This document shows positions 1 to 9,590 of a DNA stretch of 64,000 bases, piece after piece. Numbering within the stretch: position 1 is the first letter of the stretch; the number at the start of each line of letters is the position of its first letter. The stretch is from NCBI GenBank assembly GCA_031549385.1, contig JAVBPW010000002.1, positions 34,271 through 98,270 on the forward strand, read 5' to 3'. The notes beneath the pieces are model-generated. The model was given only the letters and a program-made list of their open reading frames with translations, was not told the origin of the DNA and ran no database searches. The position numbers and the translations under genes are program-made. Source of the DNA: Alphaproteobacteria bacterium. GTDB lineage: Bacteria; Pseudomonadota; Alphaproteobacteria; Rs-D84; SZUA-605.

Positions 1-193
1 AAACTTCAACTGTGTCATATTTCAATTGCTTTGCAGGATTTTTTGCACGTTCTAAATTTTCTGCAGCTTCTTTGTATTGATCAGCAACTTCTGTGTTTAC
101 TGACTCAGTTGCCTGAGGATCGCAAGAACACATAAAGAACACTGAAGAAATTACTAGTAAAGAAGTTACTAATTTATTTTTATTAATCTGCAT
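1..193 (-). CDS. 5' part of a lipoprotein running off the window edge; possibly a type IVb pilus secretin (PilN/BfpB/TcpC-like)
   Basis: Not in the ORF track. ATG at 193 overlaps the end of the TcpQ-like gene; reads MQINKNKLVTSLLVISSVFFMCSCDPQ... (signal peptide + lipobox-like Cys), open to the edge. Secretin call is from context only. Confidence 0.5.
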   Translation of the reverse strand, partial: MQINKNKLVTSLLVISSVFFMCSCDPQATESVNTEVADQYKEAAENLERAKNPAKQLKYDTVEV

Positions 194-854
194 TTTCATC
201 CTCCAATGTTTTTACAACTAATACTTTGTTTCCGAAGTAGAACTTTGCATATGGAGGAGGTGATGCTCTTCCAAATGATCTTACTAATGCTGATGCTACG
301 TCAGTAAATCTTCCTTTAAATATAGCAGACGCTTTTAAAGGATATTCTCTGTTTGTACTCCAAACAATTTCCCATCCTTCAAGAGTTGCCCATTCTTCGA
401 TAATTTCACGAACTGTTTTTCCATCTTTTGCAACCCATTCGCGAATCATGTCAGGACGATATTCTTTTTCGCCTTCCATTTGTGATACACCATATTCGTT
501 TATAGTATATACTTCTTGTTCGCTAATCATTGGTGCTACTGGAGCGTTAGATCCAGAAAGAGTTTGATATCCATTGTTTTCAATTAATTTAACATTAGAT
601 AATTTCATAACACTATCTTCTTCACCATTAATTAAAAAATTATCAGGAGGTGTAAGAGATGCTCCACCACTCCATCCATCAGTTGGTGCGTTATTCATAT
701 CTTGAGCAGCATGTCCACCAAAATTTAGTGTTTTGTTTTGTGAATAATAATCAGCTTCAGAGCCAATCAAAGGCCAAGCTGGTGGTGTGTCTGAATCTGC
801 AAATGCAGGGACACATAATAGTGCACAAATAGCAATAATAATTTTGAATTTCAT
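183..854 (-). CDS. Secreted TcpQ-domain protein (toxin-coregulated pilus biosynthesis protein Q-like)
   Basis: N-terminal signal peptide; C-terminal WVAKDGKTVREIIEEWATLEGWEIVW...FKGRF...NKVLVV matches the TcpQ pattern. Confidence 0.7.
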   Translation of the reverse strand: MKFKIIIAICALLCVPAFADSDTPPAWPLIGSEADYYSQNKTLNFGGHAAQDMNNAPTDGWSGGASLTPPDNFLINGEEDSVMKLSNVKLIENNGYQTLSGSNAPVAPMISEQEVYTINEYGVSQMEGEKEYRPDMIREWVAKDGKTVREIIEEWATLEGWEIVWSTNREYPLKASAIFKGRFTDVASALVRSFGRASPPPYAKFYFGNKVLVVKTLEDENAD

Positions 855-978
855 TTATTTCCTTCCCCTATAAGTCCTTAACTAGTTCCATTTATAAACA
901 TATATCTTTATAATTTCAAGAGAAAAATGTAATTCAGATTACTTTAAGTGATAAAGAAATAAAAAGTTTTATATAATA

Positions 979-3111
979 CTATTTTTTCATCAAAAATATT
1001 GGTAGTGGAGATGGTTGAGGAATCGCAGCTTTCTCTTTTAATTTGTCATCTTTAAACCATAATGGTGTTTCTGCTTCAATTGGATAATCCATTTCACCTT
1101 GAATTAATACATAATGTTTTCCAAATCCTATGTTTAGCATATCTTTTGCAGATATAATTCTGCTTTTAACCATATTCTTTTCTGTTTCAACTGTATTTCC
1201 TTTTTCAGTTTTTTCATTCCAGATTTCATCCCAACCTTTTTTGAATTTGTTTTCAATATCTGTCATGTGACCTACTAGTTTTTCGAATCTTTCAGCTGCT
1301 TCATTATTGTTTTGTCTAAATATGATTTTTGCTGCTGTATTTGATATCATTGTTTCTACTGCTTCTTTTCCATATCGTTCTTCAATTTGATTTAAATCTT
1401 GTCCAATTAAAAGATATGATACTTTTTGTCCACGACCAATTGCAGGTCCGTTTATAACTGCGTCTAATTTTGGCATTTGTGGAAATTCGTCAAGTACAAA
1501 TAATGTTGGGAATGGTCCCATTTTTCCATCACGTTCACTTGTTGAATCTGGTTTGTTTGTTATTAAATAACGTGACATTAATTCTATAAAGATAGCAGAG
1601 ATTTTTCCTAGTGCTACTGCGTCTGTTTGGTTTACACTTAAATAAACAGTTACAGGTTTCATTTTTCCATCACGAGGGTCTATCATTCCTCTTAAATATT
1701 TAAATTTAATATCATTGCGCATTGTTCTTTGACGAACAGCTTCGTTGTTGAAAATATTTATTTCTGTTAAGAATGTTGATATAACTGATGCTCTTTCTTT
1801 GTCACCTGCATTTGCTAGTTTTGTTAGTTCTTGAATTGCACGACGGGAGTAATTAAAACGTTGTCCTTCTTTTACTAAACTTTGTAAAATTTCTTTCATT
1901 GCGTCTGTTTGACCTGCACTATAATCACCCATTTCTTTTCTTTTATTTATTGCGTCTGCAGTTTTGATTTGAAGATTTGTTATTAAGTCTAACATCATTG
2001 GAAAACAAGCTTCTTTGCCTGTCCATTCTTGTGGAATATTATCCCATGTTCCAACTGGTACAAAATTTGATGCATTTAATTTTCCTTCACGAAGAAGTAC
2101 TAATGCACCTGATGCTAGGTTATCAACCATAGACATATAATATGAAGCTAATAATCTTGCATCTTCTGTATCAAATGTGTGGTCTTGCATTCTTTTTAAG
2201 AAGTAATCACTTGCTCTTGCTCTTTCACATTTTGATACTATTAAATGTACGAATCCTGTTAAGGCATTTCGGCCTGCTATTGACCAATATGTGTCACCTT
2301 TAGTATTTGATTGAATCATTACGTTTACCATTGATTCTACATACATATCTCTTTCTGGTCCAAGTGGTGGAATACTATCTGGGGCTAATGGATTCCATGA
2401 TGGGTAAAAAATTCCTTTTTGTGGGTCGTCTTGTTTTCCCCAATCTATTGTAAATGATACTCCTATTTTTCCACGGTATCCTGAAGTCATTTCAGAAAGT
2501 TCTGGCTTTGGGTCGTTTACTATCATACTTACGGTATCATTTTCAAATAATGTTGCTGCCACAATACCGGCTGATTTTCCAGTTCCTGGAGGAGCAAAAC
2601 AAAGTACAGAAAATGTTTCGTTTAATTTTATGTATGTCTTTTTTATTTTTCCAAGAACAAATATGAATCCATCTTTTACTATTTTCATGTTTTTAACATC
2701 ATCTTCAGTTGCTTTATGTCCATCGCCATATGCTTTTACATATTTTTTGTATGGATTTAATTTTCCTATAAAATATTTTGCTACTGGAGCTGTGAAAAGT
2801 GGAAGGAATATTATTCCATGAAACATATCTGGAGCTGTAAAAAATGATGGGAGCCATACATATAAATAATAACGGAAGATTTCTAATCCACCTGTTTTTA
2901 CAATTTCTTCCATATATCTTGAAAATAAAATAGGAAAGTTGTTATCAAAACCATTGCGAGCTAAATATTCTGCAGGGATTGCAAAAATACAAGCTATGTA
3001 AACTAAAACATAGTAAAGAGTCCAGGCTTTTATTCTCCAAATAATGCTCTGGGTCTTTTCTTTGCTTTTTTTATCAAATGATTTTTCAAATCTTTTTTCA
3101 ATTAGTGCCAT
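979..3111 (-). CDS. virD4: Type IV secretion coupling protein (VirD4/TraG family ATPase)
   Basis: N-terminal TM segments, Walker A APPGTGKS, VNDPKPEL, WNPL, Walker B FVLDEF, QDLNQIEERYG motif. Confidence 0.9.
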   Translation of the reverse strand: MALIEKRFEKSFDKKSKEKTQSIIWRIKAWTLYYVLVYIACIFAIPAEYLARNGFDNNFPILFSRYMEEIVKTGGLEIFRYYLYVWLPSFFTAPDMFHGIIFLPLFTAPVAKYFIGKLNPYKKYVKAYGDGHKATEDDVKNMKIVKDGFIFVLGKIKKTYIKLNETFSVLCFAPPGTGKSAGIVAATLFENDTVSMIVNDPKPELSEMTSGYRGKIGVSFTIDWGKQDDPQKGIFYPSWNPLAPDSIPPLGPERDMYVESMVNVMIQSNTKGDTYWSIAGRNALTGFVHLIVSKCERARASDYFLKRMQDHTFDTEDARLLASYYMSMVDNLASGALVLLREGKLNASNFVPVGTWDNIPQEWTGKEACFPMMLDLITNLQIKTADAINKRKEMGDYSAGQTDAMKEILQSLVKEGQRFNYSRRAIQELTKLANAGDKERASVISTFLTEINIFNNEAVRQRTMRNDIKFKYLRGMIDPRDGKMKPVTVYLSVNQTDAVALGKISAIFIELMSRYLITNKPDSTSERDGKMGPFPTLFVLDEFPQMPKLDAVINGPAIGRGQKVSYLLIGQDLNQIEERYGKEAVETMISNTAAKIIFRQNNNEAAERFEKLVGHMTDIENKFKKGWDEIWNEKTEKGNTVETEKNMVKSRIISAKDMLNIGFGKHYVLIQGEMDYPIEAETPLWFKDDKLKEKAAIPQPSPLPIFLMKK

Positions 3112-3243
3112 ACACCCCTCGTTATATGGATATTTATGTTTCTTTTGTATGATAACCTACTTTCCAAAAAAAAGAAAGAAAATATTTGCATAACGCATTT
3201 GTTTATGCTACAATTACTTATATTTAATAAAGGAGTTTTTGAA

Positions 3244-3582
3244 ATGAATAAAAGATTTTTGCCATTTTTCGCACTATTAGGAATATTTGGTTTATGTGCT
3301 GTGTTGCCAGCAGATGCTTTTGCACAAGCTGCAGTTTTGGCTAAACAAGCAGGTAATGTTTTTAAAAATATTAGAACATTAGTTTATATTGCAGCTGCTA
3401 TTGCTATTATATGGCAAGGTGCAGATATGATTATGAATGGTGGAACAGCTATTAATTGGGCGCCAATAAGAGGTATTGCTTATGGTCTTATTCTTGTTTA
3501 TGCAGCAAGCTGGATTGTACAAGGTTTAGTTGCTCTTACAGGTGGTGGCAATGAAGGCGGTATAATCGGAGCTAATTTCTAG
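3244..3582 (+). CDS. TrbC/VirB2-like pilin
   Basis: AGGAG RBS before ATG 3244; signal ending PADAFAQ, then two hydrophobic helices; divergent from virD4. Confidence 0.6.
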   Translation: MNKRFLPFFALLGIFGLCAVLPADAFAQAAVLAKQAGNVFKNIRTLVYIAAAIAIIWQGADMIMNGGTAINWAPIRGIAYGLILVYAASWIVQGLVALTGGGNEGGIIGANF

Positions 3583-3601
3583 AAATAGAATTTTAAAAAA
3601 T

Positions 3602-3631
3602 AAAATCCCCTGACAAAAAGGGGATTTTTTT
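3602..3631 (+). terminator. Rho-independent terminator
   Basis: AAAATCCCC...GGGGATTTT hairpin plus T-run. Confidence 0.75.
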
Positions 3632-3687
3632 GTTTGCATTTGCAAGTTTTTTTATTAACCTTATAACTTATAAAAAAGGAGACTTTT

Positions 3688-4842
3688 ATGACTACATTAA
3701 ATAATGAACAACGTTTTAATATTATCACTCGTAATTTAGAAGAAATTATTGGCGAGGATGATTTACGATATATGTTGGATAGTGGAGCTCCTATTAATCA
3801 CTATATAGGTTTTGAAATTTCTGGAAAGCCTCATATTGGACAGGCTTTGATTGTTATGCAAAAAGTTAAAGATTTAATGGACGCAGGGGTTAATGTTAAT
3901 TTCTTGCTTGCTGATTTGCATACATACTTAAATGGAAAGCTTAATGGTGATATGAAGTTAATTGCTGAAGTGAGAGATGGTTACTTTACTGAAATTATTA
4001 AAGCTTCAATTATGATGCTTGGAGGGGAACCTGAAAAATTAAACTTTATTAAAGGTGGGGAATATTATGCTGCCCATCCTGATTACTGGACCACATTTTT
4101 AGAAATTTCTAAAAACACTACACTTGCTCGAATTGAACGTTCTATTTCTATTATGGGAAGAACAGATGGTGAATCTCAAGACTTTGGAACATTGTGTTAT
4201 CCTCCTATGCAAGCAGCTGATATTTTTGCGATGAAAATTAATATTGTTCAAGGTGGAATTGATCAAAGAAAAATTCATGTGGTTATGAGAGATGTGGCTA
4301 AATATATTAAAACTAATGCGCCTGAATTTAATGGAAAATTTTTAAAGCCAGTTGCTATTCATACTCCACTTTTACCTGCGCTTGATGCCCCAGCTGTTTG
4401 GCCATTGCCTGAAGGTTGTGATATGAAGCAAATGCAAATAGATATGAAGATGAGTAAGTCTAAACCTGGTGGAGCTATTTATATCGACGATGAACCAGAA
4501 AAAATTAAGAAAACTATTATGAAAGGTTTTTGTGCTGAAAAAGAAATTGAATATAATCCTATTTTAGAATGGGTTAAAATGATTGTGTTCGATAGAGATG
4601 GGAAGGAAATTACTATTGTCAGACCAGAACAATATGGTGGAAATATTTCTTTTAAAGATTATGAAGATTTGAAAAAGAAATTTGCTGATGGTTTGGTGCA
4701 TCCTATTGATGTGAAAAACTTTTTGGCAGATTACTTAATAAATCTTTTTGCACCAGCGAGAGAACATTTTGCAAAATCTCCGTATAGGGAAATGAAAGCA
4801 AGGACAGAAGAAATTTTAGAATCAGTTAAAAAGAAGAGATAA
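3688..4842 (+). CDS. tyrS: Tyrosyl-tRNA synthetase, archaeal/eukaryotic type
   Basis: YIGFEISGKPHIGQ (HIGH), ADLHTYLN, YPPMQAADIF, GGIDQRKIH, KMSKS, C-terminal RPEQYGG...HPIDVK anticodon domain; no S4 domain. Confidence 0.92.
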   Translation: MTTLNNEQRFNIITRNLEEIIGEDDLRYMLDSGAPINHYIGFEISGKPHIGQALIVMQKVKDLMDAGVNVNFLLADLHTYLNGKLNGDMKLIAEVRDGYFTEIIKASIMMLGGEPEKLNFIKGGEYYAAHPDYWTTFLEISKNTTLARIERSISIMGRTDGESQDFGTLCYPPMQAADIFAMKINIVQGGIDQRKIHVVMRDVAKYIKTNAPEFNGKFLKPVAIHTPLLPALDAPAVWPLPEGCDMKQMQIDMKMSKSKPGGAIYIDDEPEKIKKTIMKGFCAEKEIEYNPILEWVKMIVFDRDGKEITIVRPEQYGGNISFKDYEDLKKKFADGLVHPIDVKNFLADYLINLFAPAREHFAKSPYREMKARTEEILESVKKKR

Positions 4843-4845
4843 TGG

Positions 4846-4966
4846 GACGCGTTGAAAATGGGCTGTAAACAAAAAGAAATGAAAATTACCAAACAATCAC
4901 GTATGTTTAATACGCTCATGCTTGGAAATTTTAATTTTTTTCGTTTTCGTTCCATTTTGAACGGTC
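4846..4966. repeat. Long palindromic intergenic element, copy 1 (RPE/MITE-like)
   Basis: Imperfect ~45-bp inverted arms around the 29-nt core ACAATCACGTATGTTTAATACGCTCATGC (4893-4921), identical to 8467-8495. Confidence 0.8.
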
Positions 4967-4986
4967 GTGGATAATAAGGATAAGAT

Positions 4987-6402
4987 ATGATAGGGAAAGT
5001 GAAAGTATTTAATACTATGACAAGAAAGGTAGAAGATTTTGAGCCAGTACATGCTGGAAAGGTTGGGTTTTATTCTTGTGGGCCTACTGTTTATTCTGAA
5101 CCTCATATTGGGAATACTAGAGCTGCTTTGTTTGCTGACTTGTTAAAGAAAATGTTAGTACTTGCAGGATATGATGTTAAACATGTTATGAATATTACTG
5201 ATGTAGGACATTTAGTTGGTGATAGTGATGATGGTGAAGATAAAATAGAAAAAGAAGCTTCTGCTAAAGGAATAACTGCAAAAGATATTGCTGAAAAATA
5301 TACTAAGATATTTTTTGATTATACTTCTGTTTTAAATATTAATATTCCTGATGTTGTTGCTAAAGTTACTGACCATATTCCAGAACAAATTGATTTTATT
5401 AAAGTATTGGAAGAAAAGGGTTTTACCTATCAAACATCTGATGGAATTTATTTTGATACTTCAAAATTAAACGATTATGGTAAATTGGCAAAACTTGATA
5501 TTGAAGGTTTGGAAGCTGGATCAAGAGTTGATGTAGGTGAAAAGAAAAATTTAACTGATTTTGCTTTGTGGAAGTTTTCTCCATCAGATGGAGCTAAGAG
5601 ACAACAAGAATGGAATAGCCCTTGGGGTGTTGGTTTTCCTGGTTGGCATCTTGAATGTTCAGCATTATCTTTAAAATATTTAGGATTTCCTTTTGATATT
5701 CATTCTGGTGGGTCTGATGCTATACCAGTTCATCATACTAATGAAATAGCTCAAAATGAAGCATACTGTGGATGTAATAGTGTTAAATATTGGATGCATG
5801 TAGGAATGCTTATTATGCCAGGGGGGGCTAAAATGTCTAAATCTCTTGGGCATAAGCAAACAGTTAAAACTGAACTGTTAGATAAGGGTATTGATCCGCT
5901 TGCTTATAGATATCTATGTTTGACTGCTCATTATAGGTCGCAAATGATATTTTCTGAGGAAGCTTTAAGAGATAGTGCAACTGCATTGAAAAGATTACAA
6001 GCTAAGGCTTTGAAGATTAAAGAAGAAGCTAAAGATAGTACTACAGTTGGAGAAATAAGTGAAGGGGTTCAAGGTTTTTGCAAAAGAATTTCAGATGCTT
6101 TATTTGATGATCTACAAACTCCTAATGCTTTAGTTGCTTTCCGTGAAGCTTTGGATAGTGATATTTCAAATGTAGAAAAGCTATATATTATTGAACGATT
6201 TGATTCTGTATTTTGTTTGGATCTTTTAAAAGAAAAAGCAGAATTGGAAATTCCTCAAGAAGTACAAGATTTGCTTGAAAAACGTCAAATTGCACGTGCT
6301 AATAAAGATTTTAAGGCTTCTGATGAGTTGAGAGATAAGATTGCAGCGCTGGGGTTTGTTGTTAAGGATGGAAAAGATGGGCAAACTGTAGAAAAGATTT
6401 AA
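4987..6402 (+). CDS. cysS: Cysteinyl-tRNA synthetase
   Basis: CGPTVY, HIGN, MNITDV, DFALWK, PGWHLECS, HHTNEIAQ, KMSKSLG. Confidence 0.97.
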   Translation: MIGKVKVFNTMTRKVEDFEPVHAGKVGFYSCGPTVYSEPHIGNTRAALFADLLKKMLVLAGYDVKHVMNITDVGHLVGDSDDGEDKIEKEASAKGITAKDIAEKYTKIFFDYTSVLNINIPDVVAKVTDHIPEQIDFIKVLEEKGFTYQTSDGIYFDTSKLNDYGKLAKLDIEGLEAGSRVDVGEKKNLTDFALWKFSPSDGAKRQQEWNSPWGVGFPGWHLECSALSLKYLGFPFDIHSGGSDAIPVHHTNEIAQNEAYCGCNSVKYWMHVGMLIMPGGAKMSKSLGHKQTVKTELLDKGIDPLAYRYLCLTAHYRSQMIFSEEALRDSATALKRLQAKALKIKEEAKDSTTVGEISEGVQGFCKRISDALFDDLQTPNALVAFREALDSDISNVEKLYIIERFDSVFCLDLLKEKAELEIPQEVQDLLEKRQIARANKDFKASDELRDKIAALGFVVKDGKDGQTVEKI

Positions 6403-6420
6403 GAAGTGATAATATATGTT

Positions 6421-6448
6421 AAAAATGGAGCTGAAAAAGCTCCTTTTT
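6421..6448 (+). terminator. Rho-independent terminator
   Basis: GGAGCT-GAAAA-AGCTCC plus TTTTT. Confidence 0.75.
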
Positions 6449-6545
6449 GATTGATAAATATAAATTATCAGATTTTAGTTGACAAATATATAAAAAGAGC
6501 TATATTTAGAGTATTCTTAGTAGAAATAAACTTAAAAATAAAAAT

Positions 6546-7025
6546 ATGAGACCAGATGAAATTTTTAATAATCTGAAGCAGGGTAAGGCTTCTGTAGAAG
6601 ATTTTTCCCAATATGTTAGAGAAAATCCTATGAAAGTAACATTTACTGGGGTTATTAACTCTATAAGGGGTTGGTTTGATCACGTTTTACAAATGCAAAT
6701 AATTAATGCCTTTATTGATATTCGGCCTATATCAGATGCTGGGTTTGAAGCGTTAATTACCGAGGCTTCTTTTCGAAAGGGTTTATACTTTTTGGAAATT
6801 GTTGTTGAGAAAACAAGGTTTTCAGAAAAAACAGAGGCTGCGTTTGTGTATCAATGTTTGGTGAAGGAATGGGATGATTTGTTGAATGATTATTATAAAA
6901 AATATAATTTTCATAATGCTACATTTGACTTCATGCTGCAAATTGAAAAGTTTAAACAGACGCTAAACAATGCGGTGAAACAAGGAAGGCCACTCAAGTG
7001 GCTCCAAAAAATATTGTGTTCATGA
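6546..7025 (+). CDS. Hypothetical protein
   Basis: 159-aa ORF filling the gap between terminators; no recognised motif. Confidence 0.55.
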   Translation: MRPDEIFNNLKQGKASVEDFSQYVRENPMKVTFTGVINSIRGWFDHVLQMQIINAFIDIRPISDAGFEALITEASFRKGLYFLEIVVEKTRFSEKTEAAFVYQCLVKEWDDLLNDYYKKYNFHNATFDFMLQIEKFKQTLNNAVKQGRPLKWLQKILCS

Positions 7026-7144
7026 GTTAAGTTTTATGTGTTAGTGAAGTGAGATTGGGGGCTAGTGATAGGCCTCCTTTCTTTTTTATTGAAAAGGTAT
7101 TAAAAAAGAGGGCAATTGCCCTCTTAATTTTTTGAAGTTAAATC

Positions 7145-7594
7145 TTATTTAACTACAGATACTCCGCGACGGTTCTTTGACCATGCTTCTTCTGTGTTAC
7201 CCAATACTTCTGGTCTTTCTTTTCCATAAGATATTGTTGTAATACGAGATGAATCAACGCCTTTTGATGCTAAATATTCTTTAACAGCATTAGCACGTCT
7301 TGCACCTAAAGCTTGGTTGTATTCTCTTGTTCCTCTTTCGTCACAATGTCCTTCAACTTTCAAAGCTTTGTCTTTGAATGTTTCTAGCCATAATGCTTGC
7401 ATATCAAGAGTTGATTGTGCGTCTGATCTGATATCTGATCTGTCAAAATCAAAGTACACTTTGTTTCCTGCACGAGCTACGAAGTCTTGTGCTGTTCCTG
7501 GTGTTATTCCATCAATTGGATCTGGCAATTGGCTTGTAGATCCGCAAGCTGATAATAATAGAGCAGTCATTGCAATGCTTAGAACTTTTTTCAT
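7145..7594 (-). CDS. pal: Peptidoglycan-associated lipoprotein Pal
   Basis: Lipobox LSAC; VYFDFD, EGHCDERGTREYNQALGARRA, ISYGKERP, NRR. Confidence 0.95.
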   Translation of the reverse strand: MKKVLSIAMTALLLSACGSTSQLPDPIDGITPGTAQDFVARAGNKVYFDFDRSDIRSDAQSTLDMQALWLETFKDKALKVEGHCDERGTREYNQALGARRANAVKEYLASKGVDSSRITTISYGKERPEVLGNTEEAWSKNRRGVSVVK

Positions 7595-7677
7595 AATTTT
7601 CTCCTTTACTTAAGTTACTTTTAAAAGTATGCTTGCATATTATATAAAAAATAATTGAAAATTGCAAGGGGTAATGT

Positions 7678-8418
7678 GTGGAAGATCCTATAATTTTGAA
7701 AAATTTGTTGGATTTTTTTATTCAAGCAGGTGTGGATGAAAACATCTCTGAAGAAAGCATTGACAATTATGAAATAAAGAAATCTAAAAATACTATTACT
7801 ATTAATAAACAAGAGAATTCTGCGTTTGTTAAAAATGTTTCTGTTTCAGAAAAGACTGAAAAATTCCTTGAAAATGTTGATACATTAGATGGCTTGAAAC
7901 AAGCGTTATTTGATTTTGATAATGAATTAAAAAATTATTGTATTAATACTATTTTTGGAAGGGGAGTTTATAATCCTATTGTTTTGGTTCTTGGGGAAAT
8001 GCCTAATGCTGATACCGATAAAAGTGGAAATGCTTTTTCTGGAAATAGTGGTGTTCTTCTTGAAAAAATGTTAGGTGCTATTGGTCTTTCTGATCAAAAT
8101 AATGCCTTTTTAAGTTATGTCTTTCCTTATAAAACACCAGGGAATAGAGTGCCTACTACTGATGAAATGTCTGTTATGATTCCGTTTGCAAAAAGATTGA
8201 TTAAACTTTTAAATCCTAAGATTGTTATAAGTTTGGGAGTTGTGCCTCTTAATGCTTTGACCGATAACAATTATACTATTTCAAAAAATCATGGAGATGT
8301 GGTTGATTATAATGGTGTTAAATTTGTTGCTATCCATGAACCTGATGTGCTTTTGATGGATCTATCTAAGAAGGTGGTGGCGTGGGAAGATCTTCAAAAT
8401 ATCCAAAAATTATTTTAA
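7678..8418 (+). CDS. Uracil-DNA glycosylase family 4-like protein (divergent)
   Basis: IFGRG...VLGEMP, FSGNSGVLLEKMLGAIGL, PGNRVPT, AWEDL pattern typical of alphaproteobacterial UDG4. Confidence 0.8.
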   Translation: MEDPIILKNLLDFFIQAGVDENISEESIDNYEIKKSKNTITINKQENSAFVKNVSVSEKTEKFLENVDTLDGLKQALFDFDNELKNYCINTIFGRGVYNPIVLVLGEMPNADTDKSGNAFSGNSGVLLEKMLGAIGLSDQNNAFLSYVFPYKTPGNRVPTTDEMSVMIPFAKRLIKLLNPKIVISLGVVPLNALTDNNYTISKNHGDVVDYNGVKFVAIHEPDVLLMDLSKKVVAWEDLQNIQKLF

Positions 8419-8549
8419 AAACTAATTCTGTTGACTGTGATTCAAAAAGAGTCGAAAGTTCACTTCACAATCACGTATGTTTAATACGCTCATGCGAAGA
8501 TGACTTTCAACTTTTTTGTTCTCGTCTAACATAATTAATTTTTTTAAAA
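8413..8549. repeat. Long palindromic intergenic element, copy 2
   Basis: Same 29-nt core (8467-8495) as copy 1, with different but self-complementary arms. Confidence 0.8.
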
Positions 8550-8636
8550 AAGTTTGCTCTTGTTTTAATTTTTTATTTGCTTGAAATTTTGGGAAAATTT
8601 TGGTAGCTTTTTTCTATATGTAAAAAGGAGTTTGTT

Positions 8637-9494
8637 TTGAAGAATCCTAAAGTTTCTGTGCTTATACCTGTATTTAATACTCAAGAAGAACATTTGAGAA
8701 TGGCTATTGATAGCGTTTTATCTCAAACTTATAAAGACTTTGAAGTTATTATAGTTAATAATTCACCTGAAAATGCAAATGTAAATAAGGTTTTGAAGAC
8801 TTATACTGATAAACGTATTAAGTTTTTTACTAATAAAAAAAATATGGGAATTTCAGATACTCGTAATCAAATGGTTGATCTTGCAACTGGCGAATACCTA
8901 GCTGTTATGGATCATGATGATATTTCTTTGCCTAATAGATTTGAAGAAGAAGTTAAATATTTAGATGCTCACCCAGAAGTAGGAGTTGTTTCTTGTTGGG
9001 TTAAAACCTATCCTGTTGGTAAATTATGGAAATATCCAGTGGAAAGTTCTGATATCAAAGTTGCTTTAATGGAAAAAAGTTTGATTGCTCATTCACCTGC
9101 TATGATCAGAAAGAAAGTTTTAACTGATAATAAAATTAAATATGAATCTGCTTTTTCACCAGCTGAAGATTATGCGTTGTGGTGCAGATTAATTAATCTT
9201 ACTGAATTCCATAATATTCCAGAAGTTTTATTCCATTATAGAATGCATGAAACAAATGCTCATAAGGTTTTTAGTGATAAAATGGAAAAGGCTACTTATG
9301 CTGTGAGAGATTTTGTGCAAAAACAAAATCCAGTTTTATATCAACAATATTTATCAAGAATTACCTATAAAACTGTTACTAATCTTTTTGGATTTATTCC
9401 TTTTTTACTTACTAAGAAAAAGGGGAATTGTATTAAGTATTATCTGTTTAGAGTAATTCCTGTGTTTACATCAAAAACAAAATCTATTATTTAA
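8637..9494 (+). CDS. Glycosyltransferase family 2
   Basis: VSVLIPVFN, SVLSQT, MDHDD (DxD), EDYALW. Confidence 0.92.
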   Translation: MKNPKVSVLIPVFNTQEEHLRMAIDSVLSQTYKDFEVIIVNNSPENANVNKVLKTYTDKRIKFFTNKKNMGISDTRNQMVDLATGEYLAVMDHDDISLPNRFEEEVKYLDAHPEVGVVSCWVKTYPVGKLWKYPVESSDIKVALMEKSLIAHSPAMIRKKVLTDNKIKYESAFSPAEDYALWCRLINLTEFHNIPEVLFHYRMHETNAHKVFSDKMEKATYAVRDFVQKQNPVLYQQYLSRITYKTVTNLFGFIPFLLTKKKGNCIKYYLFRVIPVFTSKTKSII

Positions 9495-9590
9495 AAGATT
9501 GTTGTAATTTTTAATAAATTGAATATTATTATAAATAAATAGGATTTAATTCCTATATATTTGTTGTAATTTGAATTTCAGGAGTTACCT

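Noticed and set aside
4731-5106. Minus-strand ORFs 4731-4955 and 4897-5106
   Set aside because: Antisense to tyrS/cysS and crossing the palindromic repeat
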